From: Hyalangium minutum
GTDB lineage: Bacteria; Myxococcota; Myxococcia; Myxococcales; Myxococcaceae
NCBI RefSeq assembly: GCF_000737315.1
Contig: NZ_JMCB01000005.1
Coordinates: 248,001-312,000, forward strand
Length of the DNA: 64,000 bases
Reading direction: 5' to 3'
Shown: piece by piece, positions 44,294 through 54,996 of the stretch
Layout: each line of letters opens with the position of its first letter
Position numbering within the stretch: position 1 is the first letter of the stretch
Made by a program: the position numbers and the translations under genes
Notes under the pieces: generated by a model
The model's database searches: none
What the model saw: the letters and a program-made list of their open reading frames with translations, nothing else
What the model was told of the DNA's origin: nothing

Positions 44294-47200
44294 TCAGTAA
44301 TCCTTGCTCCAGATGAGGTCCAGACCGCCGGAGCGCGCATCGCCGTAGTTGGCTTCCAAGCTCCACTGAGGCGTGAACTGGTACTCGAAGCGGACGGCGT
44401 TGGCGTTCTCGCGGCTCTGCGCGCCGGTGGTGGTGCCCGTGGTGCCGACGCGGCCGGTGTAGCCCACGTAGATCTTGTCCGTGAGGTACTTGCCCACCTC
44501 GAGCTGCGTGCCCGCGAGCCCGTTCTCGCCGGCCTCGATGGAGAACACGTCCAGCGGCAGCTCGGCGGACAGCGCCTTCTGGGCCTGCGAGGCCACCAGT
44601 GAGCCCACCACCGAGGCGGCCTGGGCGCCCGTCATGGACGAGCCCGAGTTGCGCTCCAGGTTGCGGCGGCCCGTGGCCACCAGCGTGTAGATCTCCGTCT
44701 CGGACATGGGCGGCTCACTGGTGGGCTCGATGGTGAAGTCCTTGCCCTGGCCGCGCACGTGGACGAAGACGGTGACGTTCTCGCGCTCGTTGACGTGCTG
44801 CGCGGTGACATTGAGGTAGGGCGACAGCGGCGGGCCGGTGAAGATGACGCGGCTGTTCTCCTCCACGTCGAAGCGGCGCCCGAGCGCGTTGACACGGCCG
44901 CGCTTCACGATGACCTCGCCGGACAAATAGAGGTCGTTCGTATAGGAGACCTCGAAGTCCTTGGAGAGCCCCAGCTCGATGTTCACGTCCGAGCCGCGCA
45001 CCCAGAGGTTGCGCGGGGCGTTCACCAGGATGCGGTACGTGCGCTGGACCTCCTTCTCTGATTCGTCGACCTCGACCGCGTCCTCCACGCGCTGACCGGC
45101 GCCCGCGCCGCCGACCCCTGCACCGGGGGCCCGCGTATTGCCCGCGAAGGATGCATCGCCCGGAGACACCACGCCCTTGCTGGGAGGCTGGTTGGGAACC
45201 GTGTCCTTGCCCGACGTCTCAGCCGGCTTGGTGCCGTTGGCGGTGGCCGAGTTCGTGGGGGTGGCGCGCTTGCGGCGCTTCTCCACGGGGACGCCGTTGC
45301 GGACCAGGACGATGTCGGGAGCTCGCTCGAGCGGCTGGAGATCCTTGCGCGAGACTTCAGGCAGCTCGATGTGGGCCTCGGGAATGGCGAGGTTGTGGAT
45401 GTTGACGCTGTCCAGGCTGAGGCTGCCCTCCAGGGTCGTGCGCAGCGAGGCGATGGCCACCAGCTGATCCTCGGAGATGATGGGGAACTCCTTGAGCTGG
45501 CCCTCGCCCTTCAGCGCGAAGGCGCCGCTCTTGGAGCGCACCGCGTTGGCGGTGAGGCGCAGCTCGCCGGAGCCGCCCCGGGCGAAGAGCTGCTGGAGGT
45601 CGATGCGCTCCTCCGTCACGCCGAGCGCCACCTGGATGTCGCGGTACTCGCCGAAGCCCATCAGCCCCAGCTTGCCGTTCTTCCAGTTCACGTTGCCCTT
45701 CAGCGTGGGCGCGCCCGAGGTGCCGGCGATGTGCGCGTCCGCCTCGAGCACGCCGCCCAGGCTGCGCACCATCTCATGCGCGCCGGAGAGGAAGGCCATG
45801 TCGAAGCCCTTGGCCACCACCGTCACGTCCAGCGGCACCTTCTCGGTGTCCAAGCCCTGCTGCACGGCGGGCAGGGACAGCTCCAGTGGGACGTCAGCGC
45901 GAACCGTCAGGGTGCCTCCAGCGGGCGCGGTGACGGTCGCGTTCAAGCCGGAGCGCGCTTTCGCATAGGTGTAGTGAACGTGGGCCTGGCCGAGCGCGAG
46001 CTTACCCACGCCGAGCTGCTGGGCGCCCAGGTCGAGCACGACCTCGGGCCTGTCAGGCGTGCCCCGGGCGGCCAGCTCCAGCGAGAGGACGCCCTGCAGC
46101 CCCTGGTCGCGCAGCGAGGGATTCGCCTGGGACAGGCCGAGCAGCTCCTTGATGTGCGTGGGGTGCAGGCGCGCCTTCACGTCGAAGGGCACCCAGCCGA
46201 TGACGTCGGGATCCTGGATGGCGCCGAGCGGTGCATCGAGCGTGGCGCTCAGCTCCGCCAGCGGCGTGGCCTGGTCACCCTCGTACCGGAGCGTGGAGAG
46301 CTGCGCGCGGATGTCCTTGCTTCCACCCGCGAGCGTGAGGTGGGCGTCGAGCGGCGGCAGTCCGTTCGCGGTGACACGCCTGGCCTGCACGTCCACCTTG
46401 GCCTCGGGCACGAGGAAGGTGCCCGAGACGGCGAACGTCGCGGACAAGGTGCCGCCTGGCTTCTGGAGACCGCCCACCGCCGGAGGCGCCGCCTGGGCCG
46501 AGGCAGGCTGTGCGCCCTGAGCAGTCGGCACCGGCTGAAACTGGGACGCGGCGGCAACCAAGGCGAAGGGCAGCTCGGTGATGGCGCCTTCCACGTTGAG
46601 CTGGGCGCGCATGACCTCGTCCGCTGTGGGGGGCTTCGCCATCAGCCCGCCGAGCGTGAAGGGCGTCTGGAGCGTCACGTAGGCCTCCTGGCCCACGCCG
46701 ATGAGGTTCAGGCGTGCGTCGAGCGTGCCATCCGAGGCATCCGACGCGGCGGTCAGCGTGAAGCCGAGGTCCTCGGGCAGCGTGCCCGCGGGCAGGGCCG
46801 CGTAGTTGAGCCGCTCGCCCTTCATCGTGAAGGAGAAGCGGGGATCGCGCGCGGGGCCGGAGACCTCGAGCGTCGCGGTGATGTCGCCGCTCACGGGCTC
46901 GGGGCGGCCGAGCATCTTCTGCACCTCGTCGATGCTCAGGCGCGAAAGGTTCACCTTGAGGCTCAGCTCATCCTTGCGGCGCTTGAGCACGCCCTGCACG
47001 GGCACGTCGAAGTCCGCGCTGATGTTGGCGGCCGGCACGTTCGCGGTGAGGGTGCCGGTGGCGCGGTCCTTCAGGTAGGTGGCCTTCACGTCCGCGTTGA
47101 GCTCCTTGTACGTCTGGAAGCGGCCGTCCTGGAGCTTCACGGAGAGCTCGGCGTCGGGGCGGGGCAGGAGGCCCTTGGCGCTCACGCGCGCGGAGACCGT

Positions 47201-49162
47201 GCCGCCCAGTCCGAGCGACTCGGGCACGAAAGCCCGGGGCAGCTTCGTCAGGTCCAGCGCGTCCGCCGTCACGAGTCCGTTGATGCGCTCGCCCTCCATC
47301 ATCATCGCCACGGAGAGGCGCTGCGTGTCCGAGGCGAGCGTGAGGGCGGGCTTCACCTCCACGCGTCCACCGCCGAAGCCCACGTGGCTGGGGCCCTGGA
47401 GCGTCCAGGTGGCCTCGGGCCAGGCGAGGGTCATCGCGCTCAGTGCGAGTCCCTCCTGGTCCTGGTCCACGGTGCCCGCGAGCGAGAGGCTCATCACCAC
47501 ATCGCCCGCGGTGCGCACGTTGGCCTGCAGCGCCCGGTTCCGCGTGGCGATGGCGGCCGAGAGGTTCTGCAGGGTGCGCCCGCCCGTCTTCAGCTCATCC
47601 ACCACGAGCGAGGCGTCCAGGATGAGCGGCTTGGTGACGTCCGGCAGCGCGGCCTTCAGGTTGAGGCCCTTGATCTGGTTGTCCTCGTAGCCCAGAGAGG
47701 CGAAGGAGCCCGAGAGCTCCACGCCGGGAGTGCGCAGCGGCCCCTCCACCTGGAAGTCCAGGCCTCCACTGCCATTCAGTGGGAGTGACGGGCCGGGGCC
47801 CAGCTTGCCCACCGTGTGCCCGAGCACCGCGAGATCCGACGCGCTCAGGCTGCCCTTCACCTGGACGCGGTCCACGGTGCCCTGGCCCTTCGCCTGCAGC
47901 GAGGCGCCTGGCATGAGCACCAGCAGGCGCGACAGCTCATAGCGGCCATTCTTGGCACTGGCGCGCAGCTCCACCGGCCCGAGCGGCTGTCCCTTGAACT
48001 TCGAGGGCGAGACGGTGAACTCCACCTCACCCTCCAGCGTCTCCAGGCTCTTGCCACCGCCGCGAGCGGTGAGGTTGGCGACGATGTTGGTGGGCGCTGC
48101 GTTCTCCACCAGCTCCGCGAGGTTGATGTCGCGGGCCCTCAGGGTGACGCCATCGCTGCGGAAGGTGGCGATGTTGAAGGAGCCATTCAAATCCATCGTG
48201 GCGCTGCCGACCTTCAGGTCCAGGCTGGTCCGGGCCACGTCTCCCTGCTTCTGGCCATTGCCCGCCACGGACACGGGCACCAGCAGCGGGTAGGAGGGCA
48301 CGAAGGCACGCACCGTCTCCGGAGCGAGCGACAGCTGCTTCAGCTCCAGCCAGGCCTCATTCAGGTCGCGCATGCCGCCGCGAGCGTGCAGCTCGAGCCC
48401 CGCCACGGTGGCGTCCACGTCCGCGGAGAGGTTCAGATCCTCGCCCTGGCCGCGCAGGTTCAGTTTCACCGGCCCGGAGAGGGGACGGGAGAGGCCGCCG
48501 GTGGCCTCCAGCCGCGCGTTGAAGGCCTGCTTCGCCGCGCCATAGAAAGCACCGCCCGAGGCATCGAAGTCCTCCAGCCGCACCTGCTGCGGCGGGCCCT
48601 CGCCGGTGTCGCTCGTGAAGTCGACGTACCCATCCTCCAGCTGGAGGTCCTTGAGCGTGAGTCGCAGCGAGCCCCGGCCGGTGTCCGGTTCCTCGGGCTT
48701 GGGCTGCTTGGGCTCGATGGCGCGCTGGAGGTTGAGGCCCCGCTCGTCCTGCACGAGGTACAAGCGCGGGCGCTCCAGGCGCGCGGAGGTGATGACCACA
48801 TGCTGCGCCGCCAGGGGAGCCAGGGAGAGGCGCGCGTCCACCAGCGCCACCTCGGCCACCAGCTCGCCCTCGGGCGTATAGAGCTTCACGTCCCGCAGGG
48901 TGAGCCCATTGGGGCTCAGGTCCACCGAGCCCGCTTCCAGCTTTCCGGAGAGCTGCTCGTTGGCAACCGTGAGGGCCTTGGCGAGCGTCCATCGCTCACC
49001 GGCGGGCGAGGTGAGCCAGGCCACCACCCCCACCACGGCCAGCAACACCAACACCCCGAGCCCCACCGTGCCCCAGACGATGCGCCGCACCCATCGTCGC
49101 CAGGGCGCATGCCGGGGCTTCGAGGGAGGGGGCGGGGGAGGTGTGGCAGCGGCTTCCGTCAA
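44294..49162 (-). CDS. tamB: Translocation and assembly module TamB
   Basis: 1622 aa; N-terminal signal anchor, long beta-taenia, C-terminal DUF490-like region (LEVGKYLTDKIYVGY...FEYQFTPQWSLE); TTGA overlap with tamA. Confidence 0.92.
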   Translation of the reverse strand: MTEAAATPPPPPPSKPRHAPWRRWVRRIVWGTVGLGVLVLLAVVGVVAWLTSPAGERWTLAKALTVANEQLSGKLEAGSVDLSPNGLTLRDVKLYTPEGELVAEVALVDARLSLAPLAAQHVVITSARLERPRLYLVQDERGLNLQRAIEPKQPKPEEPDTGRGSLRLTLKDLQLEDGYVDFTSDTGEGPPQQVRLEDFDASGGAFYGAAKQAFNARLEATGGLSRPLSGPVKLNLRGQGEDLNLSADVDATVAGLELHARGGMRDLNEAWLELKQLSLAPETVRAFVPSYPLLVPVSVAGNGQKQGDVARTSLDLKVGSATMDLNGSFNIATFRSDGVTLRARDINLAELVENAAPTNIVANLTARGGGKSLETLEGEVEFTVSPSKFKGQPLGPVELRASAKNGRYELSRLLVLMPGASLQAKGQGTVDRVQVKGSLSASDLAVLGHTVGKLGPGPSLPLNGSGGLDFQVEGPLRTPGVELSGSFASLGYEDNQIKGLNLKAALPDVTKPLILDASLVVDELKTGGRTLQNLSAAIATRNRALQANVRTAGDVVMSLSLAGTVDQDQEGLALSAMTLAWPEATWTLQGPSHVGFGGGRVEVKPALTLASDTQRLSVAMMMEGERINGLVTADALDLTKLPRAFVPESLGLGGTVSARVSAKGLLPRPDAELSVKLQDGRFQTYKELNADVKATYLKDRATGTLTANVPAANISADFDVPVQGVLKRRKDELSLKVNLSRLSIDEVQKMLGRPEPVSGDITATLEVSGPARDPRFSFTMKGERLNYAALPAGTLPEDLGFTLTAASDASDGTLDARLNLIGVGQEAYVTLQTPFTLGGLMAKPPTADEVMRAQLNVEGAITELPFALVAAASQFQPVPTAQGAQPASAQAAPPAVGGLQKPGGTLSATFAVSGTFLVPEAKVDVQARRVTANGLPPLDAHLTLAGGSKDIRAQLSTLRYEGDQATPLAELSATLDAPLGAIQDPDVIGWVPFDVKARLHPTHIKELLGLSQANPSLRDQGLQGVLSLELAARGTPDRPEVVLDLGAQQLGVGKLALGQAHVHYTYAKARSGLNATVTAPAGGTLTVRADVPLELSLPAVQQGLDTEKVPLDVTVVAKGFDMAFLSGAHEMVRSLGGVLEADAHIAGTSGAPTLKGNVNWKNGKLGLMGFGEYRDIQVALGVTEERIDLQQLFARGGSGELRLTANAVRSKSGAFALKGEGQLKEFPIISEDQLVAIASLRTTLEGSLSLDSVNIHNLAIPEAHIELPEVSRKDLQPLERAPDIVLVRNGVPVEKRRKRATPTNSATANGTKPAETSGKDTVPNQPPSKGVVSPGDASFAGNTRAPGAGVGGAGAGQRVEDAVEVDESEKEVQRTYRILVNAPRNLWVRGSDVNIELGLSKDFEVSYTNDLYLSGEVIVKRGRVNALGRRFDVEENSRVIFTGPPLSPYLNVTAQHVNERENVTVFVHVRGQGKDFTIEPTSEPPMSETEIYTLVATGRRNLERNSGSSMTGAQAASVVGSLVASQAQKALSAELPLDVFSIEAGENGLAGTQLEVGKYLTDKIYVGYTGRVGTTGTTTGAQSRENANAVRFEYQFTPQWSLEANYGDARSGGLDLIWSKDY

Positions 49163-51264
49163 AACGCTTCTCCGATGGACAACTGGAACGTGCAGAGCCC
49201 TTCTGGGGCACCCGCGTACGTCGACTTCTTGCCTCCCAGGCCGAAGCAGGTCCCAGAGGCAGGATAGGTGTACCCGTCACCCTCGACCGGCAAGGGGGGG
49301 CCGACATTCAACCGGCGGGCGATGTCCACTCGGATAGGCCCCACGACGGTGAGGTAGCGCAACCCCAGGCCCACCGCGTGGTAGAGCCCGCTGTCGAAGG
49401 GGTTGATCTGGCGCGACGCCAGCGAGCCGCTGCCCACGAAGCCCGAGTCCAAGAAGGAGGCCAGTGCCAGGCTCTCGGTAATGCGGTAGCGCGCCTCCAA
49501 GGAGGACTCCCAGAGGCTGTTGCCGCCCACGGGCACGGTGCCGGCCTCGGGCCGGGAGGGATCCACGGCCACCTGGGGCGACAACCGCTGGCTGTTGAAG
49601 CCGCGCATGGACGAGCCGCCGCCCGAGAAGAAGCGGTTGACGATGGAGCTCTGCTTCTCTTTCGTCTGCTTGTTGGTGAAGGGCACCAGCGTGCCCAGGC
49701 GCAGCTTGCCGGCCAGGGTCAGCCGCTGCTGCAGCCCGAAGGAGCGGTAGTAGCGCAAGTCCGGCAGCAGCCGGATGTAGGTGAAGTCACCGAACAGCGG
49801 ACCGCCACCGGCCTGGAGGGAGAACGCCGCGTAGTAGCCGTTGCGCGGCTCGAGCTTGTCGTCCCGCCGGTCCCATTGCACGGTGGTCTCCAAGTAGCTG
49901 AGCCGGATGGTGCACGGCTTGCCCGCTTCGGCGGAGGTCTTGTTGATGCAACCCAAGGTGATGGGAGGAATTCCCTGCTCGTTGGCGCCCACTTTTCCCG
50001 CCAGCTCGTACACCTCCAGGTTGTAGGCGGGGAACACGGACAGGTCCGGGTGCGGCTGCCAGATGACGCCGCTGCGCAGGCGCCCGCCGATGAAGGAGTA
50101 CGCCTGCTCCAGGCCCTTCTCGCCCGACAGCGAGGCCTGGAGGCGCAAGTCTCGGAACACGAAGCGCGGCTGCTCGAACTCGGTGGTGGCGTCGAAGATG
50201 ACGTCGCTCTTGGCGCCCTCATCGCCCCGGCTCACGCCATAGATGGAGGGCAGGAAGGCGTAGCCCACGCGGCCCTTCACCGTGAGGCGGCGCAGCCCGC
50301 CGAAGATGTTGCGGTTGGTCCACTCCGCCAGCAGACGGCCCTCCTGGCGCGCGGCATCCACACCGAGACCACCACCCAGGCGGATGGAGCGCAGCGGGGC
50401 CTCGCGCACGTCCACCACCACCGGCACCGTGGCGTTTGCTCGGTCCGGGGCGCCGCGGTTGACCTTCACCGCGCCGAACACACCCATGGCGAACACACGG
50501 GCCTGCGCCTCGGCGAGCCCCGTCTCGCTGTACCACTCGCCCTTGCGCACGGCGCCTTGGGCCTGCTCGATGATGCGCTTGGGCGCCACCTGCGGGTTGT
50601 TGTCCGTGGCGACGAAGATGTTGCCGAACTTGTAGCGAGGGCCCGGGTTCACCTCGAGGACGACCGCCGCCTGGTGCGTCACCACGTCCACCTGCGTCTC
50701 GCCGCCCACCTCCGCCTCGGCGTAGCCCAGCTCGCGCAGCCGCCCCTGGATGAGCTCCTTCACGCCCTCCCAGTTCTCCTCGCGGAAGATCTCCCCCGTC
50801 TTCAGCGGCAGCTCCGCCTTGACCCGCCGCTGGTGATCCTCGGGCAATGGGTCCAGCCCCCGCAGCTCCACCGTGGAGATGCGCGTGGGCTCGCCCTCGC
50901 GCACCTGAGCCACCAGCTTCACCGCCTCCTTGCCCTCCGGCTGGACCGTGTCGGAGATGACCTGGGCCTGGTAGTAGCCCTCGGCTTGGTAGAAGCGCTC
51001 GATGCGGCGCAGGTCCGCCTGCCACGCGTTGGGATCAAAGTAGGCGGGGCCCTTGTCAAAGGGCCACAGCGGCTCCCACCACGGCGTGTCCGCCGTGAGG
51101 ATCTTCGCCTTGATGTCCCCTCCGCCGACCTGATCGGTTCCTTCGATCTTCAGGTCCTTCACCTCGAGGGCGTCGGGGCGCGGCTTGCCCGCGGCGCACG
51201 CGCAGGCCAGGGAGAGCAGGAGCAGGGGGGCAAACAGCCGGTGTCGGAAGAAGGCTACGTCCAC
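49159..51264 (-). CDS. tamA: TamA/BamA family outer-membrane protein with POTRA domains
   Basis: Lipobox-like N-terminus, three POTRA-like segments, RFFSGGGSSMRGF (VRGY/F motif), GPIRVDIA, C-terminal FQLSIGEAF. Confidence 0.92.
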   Translation of the reverse strand: MDVAFFRHRLFAPLLLLSLACACAAGKPRPDALEVKDLKIEGTDQVGGGDIKAKILTADTPWWEPLWPFDKGPAYFDPNAWQADLRRIERFYQAEGYYQAQVISDTVQPEGKEAVKLVAQVREGEPTRISTVELRGLDPLPEDHQRRVKAELPLKTGEIFREENWEGVKELIQGRLRELGYAEAEVGGETQVDVVTHQAAVVLEVNPGPRYKFGNIFVATDNNPQVAPKRIIEQAQGAVRKGEWYSETGLAEAQARVFAMGVFGAVKVNRGAPDRANATVPVVVDVREAPLRSIRLGGGLGVDAARQEGRLLAEWTNRNIFGGLRRLTVKGRVGYAFLPSIYGVSRGDEGAKSDVIFDATTEFEQPRFVFRDLRLQASLSGEKGLEQAYSFIGGRLRSGVIWQPHPDLSVFPAYNLEVYELAGKVGANEQGIPPITLGCINKTSAEAGKPCTIRLSYLETTVQWDRRDDKLEPRNGYYAAFSLQAGGGPLFGDFTYIRLLPDLRYYRSFGLQQRLTLAGKLRLGTLVPFTNKQTKEKQSSIVNRFFSGGGSSMRGFNSQRLSPQVAVDPSRPEAGTVPVGGNSLWESSLEARYRITESLALASFLDSGFVGSGSLASRQINPFDSGLYHAVGLGLRYLTVVGPIRVDIARRLNVGPPLPVEGDGYTYPASGTCFGLGGKKSTYAGAPEGLCTFQLSIGEAF

Positions 51265-51430
51265 GGGGGATGTACATAGTCATTCCCCTGAGGATTGACT
51301 CGTCCGCCGTGCACGGAAGAGGCCACTCTGTCGCGTTTCGCGAGCCCGAGCCCCTCTGGAAGGGCAGATCCCGGACACTTGGCGCCGTCAAGCGTGCAAG
51401 CAGGCGCGGCCTGCGCCAGAGTGACTCCAT

Positions 51431-51733
51431 ATGAACTGGAAAATGAGGGGGCTGCTCGGGGTGGCCCTGGCGGCAGTGCTCTCCTGTGGCCCTGGCAAGG
51501 ACGACGCCATGCGCCTCAAGGAGGGCTCAAACCTGGATGACGTCGTGGAGTGCCCCTTCCTGCTGTGTTCCAACGTGGACGAGCTGTGCACGGAGCTGCT
51601 CTTCGAGTACGGCCGGTCGCCGCCGCTGTGCGTACCAGACAACATCTGCGAGCGGATGGACTGCCTGGAGGAGGGACGCCGCTGCGTCATCTTCGAGGGC
51701 ATCCCCTTCGAGGCCCGCTGCATCAAGAAGTGA
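51431..51733 (+). CDS. Small Cys-rich lipoprotein
   Basis: LGVALAAVLSC lipobox plus 8 further Cys; its stop abuts the malQ stop with no spacer. Confidence 0.7.
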   Translation: MNWKMRGLLGVALAAVLSCGPGKDDAMRLKEGSNLDDVVECPFLLCSNVDELCTELLFEYGRSPPLCVPDNICERMDCLEEGRRCVIFEGIPFEARCIKK

Positions 51734-53284
51734 CTAGCGCCGCGCGGAGGCGGTGAGCCACGACAGCCGCTCGGCGGCGCCGCGTGACTGCTCGTCCTTC
51801 AGCAAGTCCTCCACATCCTGGGTGATGCGGTAGGCCCAGTTGCTGTCGCTCATGGTGCCCGGCAGGTTGATGCGCTCGCGCGTGCCGAGGATGTCCTGCC
51901 AGGGCAGCACGCACAGGTTGCTGCTGGAGTTGAGCGCGGCGGCCAGCATGGCCCGGTGGATCTCCGGGGTGAACTCCTTCGTCACCGGGACGCCCTGGTA
52001 CTCCGGCCACGCACGCGCCACGGCGGCGCGCTCATCGTCCCGGGCCGCATCCCACCAGTCCGCCATGGGCTCCGTGTCGTGGGTGCCTGTGGTCACCAGC
52101 GAGATGGGCGGGTACTGGTGCGGGTTGCGGTACGTGTTGTCGTCCCGTTCCCAGCGCATCACCCGGTAGCCGGGCAGCCCCAGGTCCGCGAGAATCCTTC
52201 GCACGAACGGCGGGATGACGCCCAGGTCCTCGGCGATGATGCCCGCGTCTTGCGACAGCAGGCGGAAGTGGCGCTCGCCGAACTTCTTGTGGCTCTCCTC
52301 GTCCGAGGGGATGAAGCGCCCGGTGGGCGTCTTCTCATCGCGGATCCACTGGCGGAAGTAGCCCACCGCGTGGTCCACCCGGCGCAAGTCGTAGTAGCTG
52401 GCCGCCTTCACCGCGCGGGCCTTGAGCCAGCGGTAGTCTTCCTTCTCCATGGCGGCGAAGTCGAAGTAGGGCAGGCCCCAGTCCTGGCCGGTGGCGGAGA
52501 AGTCATCCGGCGGCACACCCAGGCGTGCGTCCCGGCGCAGGATGTCCGGGTGCGCCCAGGTGTCCGCGCTGTCCTGGCCGATGATGAAGGGCTCGTCGCC
52601 GCACAGGAGGATGCCCCGGGCCTTGGCCTGGGCACGCACCTGGTTCCACTGCTGCTCGGCCACCCACTGCAGCCACGCGTGGTAGCGCACGCGCCGCTCC
52701 AGCCGCTGCCCCTCGGCCTTGAGCGCCTCGGGCTGCCGGTGCTTCAGCGGCTCCGGCCACTCCCACCACGCCCGGCGCTGCTGGTCCTCGGAGATGGCGG
52801 TGAACAGCGCGTAGCTCTCCAGCCACTCGCCCTGGGCCTCGCGCCACGCCTGGAACTCCTTCGCGCGGGCCGTCTTCGCGCCCCACTCGTGCCGGTCGAA
52901 GTGGTCGAACGCCCGGCCAAAGGCGGCGTCCTTGAGCGGGAACACCAAATCGTAGCGGACGCGGTGCGCCGCGCGGGCCTCGGCCAGCTGGCGCTTCTGC
53001 TCGTCGGAGAAGGCGCCCTCGCCGCCGGTGGCCTGGAACTCCGGCAGCTGGTGCACGTCGATGAAGAGCGGGTTGAGTCCGAAGGCGGAGCGCGTGGCGT
53101 AGGGGCTCGAGTCCCCAGGCGCCGTCGGCAGCAGGGGCAGGACCATCAGGATCTTCTGGCGGGCCTCATTCATCCAACGGAAGAGGCCCTCCATGGCGCC
53201 GAAGTTGCCAATGCCGAAGTCCGTGCGCGAGCGCAGGGAGAACACGGGGAGCAAGAGACCGGAGAGCCGGCCAGTAGGGAGCAT
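51734..53284 (-). CDS. malQ: 4-alpha-glucanotransferase (GH77)
   Basis: SGLLLPVFSL...GIGNFG, SSPY...SAFGLNP, GVPPDDFSATGQDWGLP, RVDHAVG, IAEDLG, TGTHDT, INLPGT..NW. Confidence 0.95.
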   Translation of the reverse strand: MLPTGRLSGLLLPVFSLRSRTDFGIGNFGAMEGLFRWMNEARQKILMVLPLLPTAPGDSSPYATRSAFGLNPLFIDVHQLPEFQATGGEGAFSDEQKRQLAEARAAHRVRYDLVFPLKDAAFGRAFDHFDRHEWGAKTARAKEFQAWREAQGEWLESYALFTAISEDQQRRAWWEWPEPLKHRQPEALKAEGQRLERRVRYHAWLQWVAEQQWNQVRAQAKARGILLCGDEPFIIGQDSADTWAHPDILRRDARLGVPPDDFSATGQDWGLPYFDFAAMEKEDYRWLKARAVKAASYYDLRRVDHAVGYFRQWIRDEKTPTGRFIPSDEESHKKFGERHFRLLSQDAGIIAEDLGVIPPFVRRILADLGLPGYRVMRWERDDNTYRNPHQYPPISLVTTGTHDTEPMADWWDAARDDERAAVARAWPEYQGVPVTKEFTPEIHRAMLAAALNSSSNLCVLPWQDILGTRERINLPGTMSDSNWAYRITQDVEDLLKDEQSRGAAERLSWLTASARR

Positions 53285-53440
53285 GCGCGCAATCTGCCCC
53301 AGCCCCAGGCGCCTGTGAACTGTTTGGCGCAGGCGTCTTGCGCATCCGGGCGCTCGGATGCTCGTCTGGGGGTAGCCCTGGGGATAAAGCTCTGGGCAGC
53401 AGCCGTTGTACCCGAGGACAATTCCACTCCCCTGCCCCCT

Positions 53441-54019
53441 GTGCGCCTGCCCGAGTCCTTCTTCGCCCGCCCTGCGCTGACCGTTGCCCGAGAGCTGCTC
53501 GGCACCCACCTCGTCTTCGAGGAGGGGAGCCAGCGCCGTGTAGGCCGCATCGTCGAGACGGAGGCCTACATCGGTGAGCACGACCTGGCGTGCCACGCGG
53601 CCAAGGGTGTCACCCCTCGGACAGAGGTCATGTTCGGTCCACCGGGGCGCTCCTACGTCTATTTGATCTACGGCATGCACCGCTGCTTCAACATCGTCAC
53701 CGACGCGCCCGGGGTGGGGGCGGCGGTGCTGGTGCGAGCCGTGGAGCCGGTGGAGGGCTTGGACCCCGGAGCCCGCACGGATGGACCGGGGCGCCTGTGC
53801 CGGGCCTTGGGGATCACCCTGGCCCACAATCGGTTGGATCTCCAGATAGCTTCACTCTATGTAGCGCCAGGTGAGCCTGTGCCGGAGGCGCAGGTGGCCC
53901 GAGGGCCGAGGATTGGCGTGGAGTACGCAGGGGCGTGGGCGGCGGAGCCGTTCCGGTTGTGGGTGAAGGACAGTCGGCACGTAAGCAAGCCCTCGTCGCG
54001 GGCGAGAGGCCGGCCTTGA
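53441..54019 (+). CDS. mpg: DNA-3-methyladenine glycosylase (MPG/AAG family)
   Basis: FFARPALTVARELLG, RIVETEAY, YVYLIYGMHRCFNIV, AVLVRAVEP, GPGRLCRALGI, GPRIGV. Confidence 0.94.
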   Translation: MRLPESFFARPALTVARELLGTHLVFEEGSQRRVGRIVETEAYIGEHDLACHAAKGVTPRTEVMFGPPGRSYVYLIYGMHRCFNIVTDAPGVGAAVLVRAVEPVEGLDPGARTDGPGRLCRALGITLAHNRLDLQIASLYVAPGEPVPEAQVARGPRIGVEYAGAWAAEPFRLWVKDSRHVSKPSSRARGRP

Positions 54020-54054
54020 CGTCGGCCGCCATGGCTGGAAGGGTGCACCCCCAC

Positions 54055-54687
54055 ATGTCTCAAGAGGTCGCTACAGCCCCGGAGGATCGCCAGGAAGAGG
54101 ACCGGCAGCTGCTGGCCCAGGCTCAAGCTGGCGACATGGCCGCCTTCGAGGCGCTGGTGGAGGCCCACCGGGACAAGGTGTTCGGCCTGGCGCTGCGGAT
54201 GACGCGCTCCGAGGCGGACGCGGCGGAGATTACGCAGGACTCCTTCCTGTCGGCGTACCAACACCTCAAGGATTTCCGAGGGGATGCAGCGTTCGGCTCG
54301 TGGGTCCACCGCATTGCGGCAAACCACGCGCTGATGCGGCTGCGTCACCGCCGGGTCGTCCAGGCCGCCGAGGAGGAGATCAAGGGCCCGGAGTTCACCG
54401 AGCGGGGCTCCCTGGCGGAGTACCCGGAGCGGGACTGGAGCCGGGACGCGGAGGAGAAGGCCCTGGACGCGGAGCTGGGCCATGCCATCCAGCAAGCGTC
54501 TGAGCGGCTGCCCGAGGGCTACCGCGAGGTCTTTCTCTTGAAAGACGTGGAGGGCCTCAGTTACGAACAGATCTCCGAGCTGACGGGGGACTCTGTGCCG
54601 GCCATCAAGAGCCGGCTTCATCGGGCGCGGCTTGCTCTGCGAGAGGCCATCGACCAGTTCTATAACCAGGGCACGCTGCAGGAGTGA
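54055..54687 (+). CDS. ECF RNA polymerase sigma factor
   Basis: DAAEITQDSFLSAY, FRGDAAFGSWVHRIAANHA, EGLSYEQISELTG..VPAIKSRLHRAR. Confidence 0.95.
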   Translation: MSQEVATAPEDRQEEDRQLLAQAQAGDMAAFEALVEAHRDKVFGLALRMTRSEADAAEITQDSFLSAYQHLKDFRGDAAFGSWVHRIAANHALMRLRHRRVVQAAEEEIKGPEFTERGSLAEYPERDWSRDAEEKALDAELGHAIQQASERLPEGYREVFLLKDVEGLSYEQISELTGDSVPAIKSRLHRARLALREAIDQFYNQGTLQE

Positions 54688-54756
54688 AACGCGTGGACGC
54701 CCTGGGCATCTTCGGAAAGAGGACGTGGTTCGCGGAAGGCTGCGGTCGAGGTTCGG

Positions 54757-54996
54757 ATGTATACCTGTAAAGACTCCATCAACCTTCTGTTGGACTTCCT
54801 CGACGGCGAGCTGACGCCCGAGGACACGCAGCACCTGCGAGAGCACCTGCAAGGGTGTTCCCCTTGCGTGGACTTCCTGCGCACGTACCGGGCTACGCCG
54901 GGGCTGTGCAAGAAGGCGCTGGCGCAGAAGATGCCGCAGGAGATGTCCACGAAGCTGACCGAGTTCCTTCGGTCGAAGATCAAGTCCGCGTCGTGA
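54757..54996 (+). CDS. Soluble zinc-binding anti-sigma factor (zf-HC2)
   Basis: C...LLDFLDGEL...HLQGCSPC (HxxxCxxC). Confidence 0.9.
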   Translation: MYTCKDSINLLLDFLDGELTPEDTQHLREHLQGCSPCVDFLRTYRATPGLCKKALAQKMPQEMSTKLTEFLRSKIKSAS

